Assembly: GCA_046533775.1 (NCBI GenBank) | Contig: JAWDOO010000002.1 | Coordinates: forward strand, 71,127-103,126 | Source of the DNA: Candidatus Nanopusillus sp. | Lineage (GTDB): Archaea > Nanobdellota > Nanobdellia > Nanobdellales > Nanobdellaceae | DNA length: 32,000 nt | Direction of reading: 5' to 3' | Shown: in pieces, positions 25,852 through 32,000 of the stretch | How positions within the stretch are numbered: the stretch's first letter is position 1 | Layout: each line of letters begins with the position of its first letter | The notes under the pieces: model-generated | Told to the model about the DNA's origin: nothing | Databases searched by the model: none | Seen by the model: the letters and a program-made list of their open reading frames with translations, nothing else | Program-made: the position numbers and the translations under genes

Positions 25852-26265
25852 ATGAATATATATCAAAAAGAAATAAAAATAGAAACAAAAGGTCCATATG
25901 ATTTTATAGATATAACAGATAAAGTTAATGAAATATTAAAAGAATCTAGAATAAAAAATGGGATATTATCATTATTTTCTTTACATAATACTGCATGCAT
26001 AATAATACAAGAAAATGATAAAACGATATTTAAAGATATTGAAGAATTTTTTGATAGAATATTACCGTTAAATATAAAATATCATCATAATTATGAAGGA
26101 AATATTAATGCAACTGCGCATATAAAAACAAATTTATTATCACAATCTTTATGTATACCAATAAAAGATGGAAAACTTTTATTAGGAACATGGCAAAGAA
26201 TAATATTTTTAGAATTATTTGAATCAAGAGAAAGAAAGGTATTTTTAACAGTAATTGGAGAATAA
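25852..26265 (+). CDS. YjbQ/UPF0047 family protein (secondary thiamine-phosphate synthase-like)
   Basis: 137 aa with FIDITDKV, LHNTACIIIQENDK, YHHNYEGNINATAHIKTNLL and LGTWQRIIFLELFESRERKV, a full-length family pattern. Confidence 0.8.
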   Translation: MNIYQKEIKIETKGPYDFIDITDKVNEILKESRIKNGILSLFSLHNTACIIIQENDKTIFKDIEEFFDRILPLNIKYHHNYEGNINATAHIKTNLLSQSLCIPIKDGKLLLGTWQRIIFLELFESRERKVFLTVIGE

Positions 26266-26401
26266 GAATTAAATAATATATAAATTTTTCATATTTTTTC
26301 TTTCATTATGACCATATTAACTATCTCATCCAAACTACCAATTTTTTCGTAATTATAATTTTAACAGAAATATAAATAAAAATATCATTATATTATTTTC
26401 T

Positions 26402-27106
26402 ATGACCGAAAAACTTTTCTGGCAAGATCAATATTTAAAGGAATTTGAAGGAAAAGTTATTGAAATTAGAGGAAGAGAAGTTATTTTAGATAGAACCGTA
26501 TTTTATGCTAGAAGTGGAGGTCAACCAGGAGATACTGGGGAAATAAATGGAATAAAAGTAATAGATACATATTATGACGATGAAGGGAACATTGTACATT
26601 TATTAGAAAAAGAACCAAATTTTAAAGTCGGTGATATTGTTAAAGGAAAAATAGATTGGGAGAGAAGATATAAATTAATGAGATTGCATACAGCTTTGCA
26701 TATATTATCTGCAGTATTAAATAATATGTTTGGTAATGTAAAAATTACTGGTAGCCAAATATATGAAGATAAAGCAAGAATAGATTTTAATTTAGATAAA
26801 TTAGATGATGAATTAGTAAAAAAGATTGAAGAAAAAGCAAATGAGATTGTTAATAAAGATTTACCAGTATATGCAAAATTTATAAATAAAGAAGAACTTG
26901 AAAAGATGCCTCAATTAAAAAGATTAATGGATGAAAAAAGATATGAAAAATATGATGTTTTAAGAGTAGTTGGTATTGGAGATATTGATATACAATTAGA
27001 TGGCGGAACACATGTAAAATCTACAAAAGAAGTGGGAAAAATAAAAATTATTGGAAGAGAAAATAAAGGTAGAAACAATAAAAGATTAATTATTACTGTT
27101 GAATAA
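26402..27106 (+). CDS. alaX: Alanyl-tRNA editing protein AlaX-like (Thr/Ala-tRNA synthetase second additional domain)
   Basis: FWQDQYLKEFEGKVIEI...LDRTVFYARSGGQPGDTG (N-terminal barrel), HTALHIL (HxxxH), and LDGGTHVKSTKEVG (normally CxxxH; here Asp replaces Cys). Confidence 0.8.
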   Translation: MTEKLFWQDQYLKEFEGKVIEIRGREVILDRTVFYARSGGQPGDTGEINGIKVIDTYYDDEGNIVHLLEKEPNFKVGDIVKGKIDWERRYKLMRLHTALHILSAVLNNMFGNVKITGSQIYEDKARIDFNLDKLDDELVKKIEEKANEIVNKDLPVYAKFINKEELEKMPQLKRLMDEKRYEKYDVLRVVGIGDIDIQLDGGTHVKSTKEVGKIKIIGRENKGRNNKRLIITVE

Positions 27107-27199
27107 AAATTTTTAATATTATAATCTTATTAGATTTTTAATTATTAGATATTTTATTTTAATATCTTGTTATATTATTATCAAAAAAGAAAAATTATT

Positions 27200-27772
27200 C
27201 TATTGTATTGGTTGTTTTAGTTCATAAGGTTTCCATCCCATTTCTTTTCTAAAATTATTTATTAATTCTATTGATTTCATTTTTTCTTCTTTAGGCATAT
27301 CTCTTTTTCTTAATACTCCCATAAATAATGCATATAATCTAGCATTAACTGTTTTCGGAGATAAACCATATTTCATATCTTCTCTTAATTCTTCCAATAT
27401 TTCTTTTACTTCTTCTGAGTTATTCAATCCTTTATTTCCTATATCTTTAACTTTCTTTCCTAAATATAAATGACCCTTATCAACTACCAAAACTTTTCCA
27501 TCACTAAATGTTATTCTTCCCTTAAATATTCTATCATAAAATTGCCATGATTCTAAAACATCAGGTTCCAATACTCTTAATCTGTTAAATATAAATCTTC
27601 TAATTTCGTCAGTAGATATTTTTCCAAATCCTTCCGTTTTTATCCAATCTTTTAATTCTTTTACAATTTGTTTTGCAACTTCTTCAGATGCACCTGCATT
27701 AATTAATGAATTATATACTTTATCCTCTAAAAATTCTTCCTCTTCACCAGATCTTTTTATTACTTTTACCAT
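27200..27772 (-). CDS. ATP-cone domain protein with an uncharacterised C-terminal domain
   Basis: The N-terminus VIKRSGEEEEFLEDKVYNSLINAGASEEVAKQIVKEL...ISTDEIRRFI matches the ATP-cone pattern. The remaining ~100 aa have no motif I recognise. Confidence 0.6.
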   Translation of the reverse strand: MVKVIKRSGEEEEFLEDKVYNSLINAGASEEVAKQIVKELKDWIKTEGFGKISTDEIRRFIFNRLRVLEPDVLESWQFYDRIFKGRITFSDGKVLVVDKGHLYLGKKVKDIGNKGLNNSEEVKEILEELREDMKYGLSPKTVNARLYALFMGVLRKRDMPKEEKMKSIELINNFRKEMGWKPYELKQPIQ

Positions 27773-27810
27773 AAATTTTTATTCTAAATTGATATTAATA
27801 AAATGATATC

Positions 27811-27844
27811 GTATACAAAAATTTATATACATATTTTTGTATAC
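27811..27844. promoter_or_regulatory. Perfect 12-bp inverted repeat bracketing a TATA box; probable vapBC operator/promoter
   Basis: GTATACAAAAAT (27811-27822), then the 10-nt spacer ttatatacat containing TTTATATA (27822-27829), then ATTTTTGTATAC (27833-27844). The TATA centre is about 27 nt from the vapB ATG (27853). Confidence 0.55.
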
Positions 27845-27852
27845 AATATATC

Positions 27853-28083
27853 ATGGGTAAGACAGATGTAATAAGTGTAAGGATAGATAAAAATTTAAAG
27901 GAAAAAGCAAAAGAGTTAGGAATAAATATAAAAGAAGTTGTAGAAAAAGCTTTAAAAGAAGAAATAGCAAAAAGAAAAGCAGAAAAAATAAAAAAATTAG
28001 CTGAAAAATTAAGTGAATTAATGAAAGATGTTACTCCAGAAGAATTCACAAGATTAGTTAAAGAAACAAGATATGAAAGATAA
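27853..28083 (+). CDS. vapB: VapB-type antitoxin (ribbon-helix-helix/CopG-like)
   Basis: 76 aa with an N-terminal beta-strand plus helix (DVISVRIDKNLKEKAKELGINIKEVVEKAL) and a charged tail. It overlaps the downstream PIN gene by 11 bp. Confidence 0.75.
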   Translation: MGKTDVISVRIDKNLKEKAKELGINIKEVVEKALKEEIAKRKAEKIKKLAEKLSELMKDVTPEEFTRLVKETRYER

Positions 28084-28507
28084 TGCTTTTTTATTTGATG
28101 CTTCTGCATTATATAAATTTCTAACTGTTTATAAAAATTATACTAACAAAATAGATTATAATTATATATATAATATTTATATACTAGATCTTACTTTTTA
28201 TGAGATTGGAAATACTATTTGGAAGGATTATTATATATTTAAGAGAATTAACAATCCTATAGAAACTTCTGAAACTATTTATGAAATATTAAAAGAATTT
28301 AATGTAATTGAAAATTTATCTTTATCTTTTACCGAAATAATTAAAATTGCAATAGAAAAAAATTTAACATATTATGATGCATCCTATGTATATGCCTCAA
28401 AAATTTTTGGATTAATTTTGGTATCTGAAGATAAAGATTTAATAGAAAAAGGTAATGCAATTTCAGTAAAGGAATTTATAGAAAAATATTTAAAAAATAA
28501 TAATTAA
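28073..28507 (+). CDS. vapC: PIN-domain ribonuclease toxin VapC
   Basis: 144 aa with acidic residues at PIN positions: FLFDASAL, FYEIGN, YYDASYVY and VSEDKDL. Confidence 0.8.
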   Translation: MKDNAFLFDASALYKFLTVYKNYTNKIDYNYIYNIYILDLTFYEIGNTIWKDYYIFKRINNPIETSETIYEILKEFNVIENLSLSFTEIIKIAIEKNLTYYDASYVYASKIFGLILVSEDKDLIEKGNAISVKEFIEKYLKNNN

Positions 28508-28537
28508 ATTTAAAACATTATAAAATAAGTTATTTAA

Positions 28538-29587
28538 ATGGGTTTAGCAGAAATAAGGGAACTAATAAAACCTGTAATAAAGGAGGTTGACTTTTCATAT
28601 TTATCTGGAAAAGTTGTTGCATTGGATGCATTTAATGCTTTATATCAGTTCTTAGCTGCGATAAGACAACCTGATGGAACACCTTTAAAAGATTCAAAAG
28701 GAAGAATTACTTCACATTTATCAGGTTTATTTTATAGGACAAAGAATTTGATTGAATATGGGATAAAAGTAATTTATGTATTTGATGGTAAACATCCAGA
28801 ATTTAAGAAAAAGGAACAAGAATTAAGAGAAGAACAGAGAAAAAAGATGGAAGAAAAATATAAAAAAGCAATTGAAATGGGTATAAAAGGAGATTTAAAA
28901 AAATATGCAGAATTTACATCAAAATTAGAATTTAATATGGTAGATGAATCAAAAGAATTATTAGAAGCAATGGGAATTCCATATGTACAAGCACCTTCTG
29001 AAGGAGAAGCACAGGCTGCATATTTAGTTAAAAAGGGAATTGCAGATTATGTTGGATCACAAGATTATGATTCATTATTGTTTGGAGGATTAAGAGTTGC
29101 AAGAAATTTAACAATAAGTGGGAAAAGAAGAGTAAAAGGAGTAGAAGTTGATATAAATCCAGAAATTGCTGAATTAAATGATATATTAAATTATTTAAAA
29201 TTAGATTATAAAAAATTAATATGGTTTGCTTTAATTGTTGGAACAGATTATAATCCTGATGGAATTCCTGGAATTGGAGTAAAAACTGCATACGAACTTG
29301 TAAAAAATAATAATGATCCTGAAAAATTGTTTAAATATGTTGGATGGGAGAAATATTATAAAGAAATTTCATGGAAAGAACTTGAAGAATTCTTTGAAGA
29401 TCCACCAGTAATTGAAATAAATAAAGAAGACATAAAATTTGGAGAAGTTAATGAAGAAAAAATAAGAAAAATATTGATTGATGAACATGATTTTTCAGAG
29501 GATAGAGTAAATAAAGCTATTGAAGAATTAAAGAATGCATATAAGAAAGGTAGTCAAAAAAATATATTATCTTTTTTTGGAAAATAG
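28538..29587 (+). CDS. fen: Flap endonuclease 1 (FEN1)
   Basis: 349 aa with ALDAFNALYQFL, ITSHLSGLFYRT, VIYVFDGKHPEFK, YVQAPSEGEAQAAYL and GTDYNPDGIPGIGVKTA. The C-terminal PIP box is QKNILSFF. Confidence 0.95.
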   Translation: MGLAEIRELIKPVIKEVDFSYLSGKVVALDAFNALYQFLAAIRQPDGTPLKDSKGRITSHLSGLFYRTKNLIEYGIKVIYVFDGKHPEFKKKEQELREEQRKKMEEKYKKAIEMGIKGDLKKYAEFTSKLEFNMVDESKELLEAMGIPYVQAPSEGEAQAAYLVKKGIADYVGSQDYDSLLFGGLRVARNLTISGKRRVKGVEVDINPEIAELNDILNYLKLDYKKLIWFALIVGTDYNPDGIPGIGVKTAYELVKNNNDPEKLFKYVGWEKYYKEISWKELEEFFEDPPVIEINKEDIKFGEVNEEKIRKILIDEHDFSEDRVNKAIEELKNAYKKGSQKNILSFFGK

Positions 29588-29638
29588 TCAGGATGGGTAA
29601 AATTCATCATCTTTCAGTATAATTTTTTCATCATACAT
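29584..29638 (-). ncRNA. C/D-box sRNA in the 43-bp gap between convergent fen and the phosphorylase gene; its C box contains the phosphorylase stop codon
   Basis: Read on the minus strand: C AUGAUGA 29634-29628, 10-nt guide aaaaauuaua, D' CUGA 29617-29614 and loop aag. Then C' AUGAUGA 29610-29604, 12-nt guide auuuuacccauc 29603-29592 and D CUGA 29591-29588. Confidence 0.75.
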
Positions 29639-31232
29639 ATGCTTTACTAATATATTCTTCAAAACATCTATAAGTATTAAATATTGGACCTATTGTTCTT
29701 ATTGCATTTAATGATACATCTATATATTTATCATAATTATTTCTATATATATTTAATACATAATCTAACTTATTATAGAAATCTTCTACATCTTTATCAT
29801 CAGTATTTTTATTTATATCATAATTATTTTCTCCAAAGAACCATCCATTATAATCATCAATTATTATTTCTAAAGGTGATCCATCCCTTGAAAATAATGT
29901 AGGAGTACCATTTAATGCTGCTCTCATCCAAGAAGTACCTGAAGCTTCAAATGGTGGTCTTGGAATATGTAAAAATATATCTGAACCTGCTAAAATTGTC
30001 CTTTCTTGTTCATATCCTCTATTTAATATTAATCCAATTGGTGTATTTAATGTTGACATAATATCTAAAATCCATCTTATTGTATTTTTTACAAATTCAT
30101 CTTTTGGATGAAATGAACCAGATAATAAAAATTGTATTTTATATTTTTTATCTAATTCTTCAAATCTTTCCAATCTCCATAATAACATATGAAACCTTTT
30201 ATATTCAGTTAATCTTCTTTTTACAGAAATTATTATCCTGTCTTCTCTAAATTCTTTGTTTGAATATGAATTTACATTAATATAATCTATTAAATCTTTT
30301 CTTACAATATTTTTTACTTTTATAAATTCTTTTCTATTTATAGATTGAGCATATGCAAATTTTCCAGGTTCATTTCTCCATCCATTTAAGTATGTATCAT
30401 ATAAATATTCAATCTTTTTATTTATCCATCTTAAATGATATACTCCATTTGTCACATAATCTAACTTTTTATTATATACGCTTTCAGTAACTATTTTATG
30501 TTTATACGATACTGCATTTACAAATCCAGATAATTCAAATAATATTTTTGTTAATGATAATCTATTTGGAGATATATTTCTTATTTCTCCAGGAATATCA
30601 TAATACTTTTCTACTAAATTATAATCGAATGAATCATGACCTGCAATAATTGAATGTGTAGTAAATACAACCTTTTCTTTTACCTTATTTATATCCCTAT
30701 ATCTTTTATATAATTCTATTGCTAAAAAACCACCATGTGATTCATTTAAATGATATTTATCAATTTCTATTCCATAATTTTCAAAGAATTCCAATGCACC
30801 CAATCCTAATAATAAATCTTTTAATAATTTTTCTTCCTCATTTTCTTCATAATATAATCTTCCAGTTAATTTCCTTATATCTGGATCATTCTCTTGTAAA
30901 TCTGTATCAAATAAAAATAATTTTGAATGAGATAATGGATATTGCCATACTTTAAAATATATTCTTTTATCTTTCAAATCTATATGGAATTTATCTTCTA
31001 TTTCTAAAAAATATTCCAATGGATCATAATTTTCTTCTTCATATATTATTTCTTTATTTTTTATTTCATATTTTCCATATCCATTTTTATTTACAAATGT
31101 TACACCATATATTGGATATTTTAAATCATTTGATGAATAAAATAAATCTCCAGCCAAAATTCCCAATCCTCCAGCATATGTTGGTAATTTATCAATTGCA
31201 AATTCTTGAGATATAAAAGCAACTTTCTTCAT
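29631..31232 (-). CDS. Alpha-glucan (glycogen) phosphorylase homologue, short archaeal GT35 form, with Arg at the PLP-lysine position
   Basis: ISQEFAIDKLPTYAGGLGILAGD, VFTTHSIIAGHDSF, NGVYHLRW and PPFEASGTSWMRAALNG. The family block is EASGTSxMK and the codon here is AGA. Confidence 0.75.
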   Translation of the reverse strand: MKKVAFISQEFAIDKLPTYAGGLGILAGDLFYSSNDLKYPIYGVTFVNKNGYGKYEIKNKEIIYEEENYDPLEYFLEIEDKFHIDLKDKRIYFKVWQYPLSHSKLFLFDTDLQENDPDIRKLTGRLYYEENEEEKLLKDLLLGLGALEFFENYGIEIDKYHLNESHGGFLAIELYKRYRDINKVKEKVVFTTHSIIAGHDSFDYNLVEKYYDIPGEIRNISPNRLSLTKILFELSGFVNAVSYKHKIVTESVYNKKLDYVTNGVYHLRWINKKIEYLYDTYLNGWRNEPGKFAYAQSINRKEFIKVKNIVRKDLIDYINVNSYSNKEFREDRIIISVKRRLTEYKRFHMLLWRLERFEELDKKYKIQFLLSGSFHPKDEFVKNTIRWILDIMSTLNTPIGLILNRGYEQERTILAGSDIFLHIPRPPFEASGTSWMRAALNGTPTLFSRDGSPLEIIIDDYNGWFFGENNYDINKNTDDKDVEDFYNKLDYVLNIYRNNYDKYIDVSLNAIRTIGPIFNTYRCFEEYISKAYV

Positions 31233-31292
31233 ATTCTTTATAATCTCATGGAACTTTATATTTATTTAATAACTACTTTGTTATGAAGAATA

Positions 31293-32000
31293 TTATAAAA
31301 TTTTCCAAATATCAAATTTTTCTTCAAAAAACTTTTCTAAATCGTTTATATTTACCCTTATTTGTTCTTTTGTATCCCTAAATCTTATTGTAACTGTATT
31401 ATCTTTTAATGTTTGATCATCTACTGTAATACAATAATATGTTCCAATTTCATCCTGTCTTTTATATCTTACACCAATCCTCCCAGAATCATCATAATAT
31501 GCATCAAATTTCTTTCTTAATTTATTATATATTTCTTTAGCTACTTTTACCATATTTTCATTATTTTCTAATAATGGAAATATTGCAATTTGAATTGGAG
31601 ATAAATAATCTGGTAATTTTAATATTGTTCCATCATAATTAATTAATAATAATGAAAATATATTTCTATCAACTCCAAAAGATAATTCTAATTCAACTGG
31701 AATAAATTTTGATCCATTTGGTCTAGTTAATATAAATCTTCTATCTTTTGATAATATAAAATGATTCCATAGATCATATCCAACATATATTTCATCTCCA
31801 ATAAATAAATTCTCAACATCCTTTCTTATTTCTTCATTAACTTTATTAATTATATCTCTATTAAATTTTAATACTCTAAAATGAATTCCTCCAACTTCTG
31901 TCCATCCAATTTCATCTAAATATATTTCTATATCAAAATGATACATATTATAGAAAGATTTTTCATTATCTGCTAATTGATAAAATCTTATCCTTTCCTT
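31293..32000 (-). CDS. glyS: Glycyl-tRNA synthetase (archaeal/eukaryal type), C-terminal part; gene continues past the right edge
   Basis: Anticodon-binding domain IAIFPLL...YYDDSGRIGVRYKRQDEIGTYYCITVDDQTLKDNTVTIRFRDTKEQIRV. The frame stays open upstream of the track Met (…KERIRFYQLADNEKSFYNMYHFDIE) to position 32000. Confidence 0.85.
   Translation of the reverse strand, partial: KERIRFYQLADNEKSFYNMYHFDIEIYLDEIGWTEVGGIHFRVLKFNRDIINKVNEEIRKDVENLFIGDEIYVGYDLWNHFILSKDRRFILTRPNGSKFIPVELELSFGVDRNIFSLLLINYDGTILKLPDYLSPIQIAIFPLLENNENMVKVAKEIYNKLRKKFDAYYDDSGRIGVRYKRQDEIGTYYCITVDDQTLKDNTVTIRFRDTKEQIRVNINDLEKFFEEKFDIWKIL

Noticed and set aside
26266-26401. 136-bp intergenic gap upstream of alaX, examined for a third C/D sRNA (ggatgaga on the minus strand)
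   Set aside because: It has only a degenerate C-like box, no CUGA at a guide-length distance, and no C'/D' pair.
27107-27199. AT-only inverted repeat AGATATT-N7-AATATCT and repeated ttattagat between convergent alaX and the ATP-cone gene
   Set aside because: Short, all-A/T pairings are expected by chance at this base composition. It is at best a weak terminator element.
27795-28109. 104-aa minus-strand ORF opposite vapB
   Set aside because: It is antisense to a clear RHH antitoxin gene and spans the promoter palindrome. Its S/F/L-rich sequence has no motif.

Overview
Very AT-rich (about 25% GC by eye, not computed), extremely compact archaeal chromosome segment. Gene content points to a genome-reduced DPANN or Nanoarchaeota-like organism (inference): a single-chain PriS-PriL primase, archaeal r-proteins, Rpo7/Spt4, Pth2, FEN1, Rpp21 and scattered r-protein clusters. 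I can support about 45 protein genes, many with 4-41 bp overlaps, plus 2 complete tRNAs (Ser-CGA, Ala-CGC), a stand-alone 5S rRNA and two canonical C/D-box sRNAs that are not in the ORF track. There is also a vapBC toxin-antitoxin pair with a palindrome bracketing its TATA box, and a tandem duplicated orphan gene beside tRNA-Ala with one decayed copy. The best candidate for an undescribed system is the co-directional pair of large orphan genes at 17858-21619. The 560-aa product is helical with a K/E run and a hydrophobic segment. The 684-aa product carries, in the correct order and local spacing, all nine metal ligands of the endonuclease IV / xylose-isomerase-like TIM barrel, but these are split by a ~300-residue helical insertion. 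Other oddities: a glucan phosphorylase homologue with the PLP lysine replaced by Arg, a DJ-1/PfpI homologue without the nucleophile Cys, an AlaX with Asp in place of the zinc Cys, and two sRNA guides whose predicted targets are mutually complementary. No CRISPR array, transposase, integrase or intein was seen. All functional calls come from motif recognition in the supplied translations; no database search was run.
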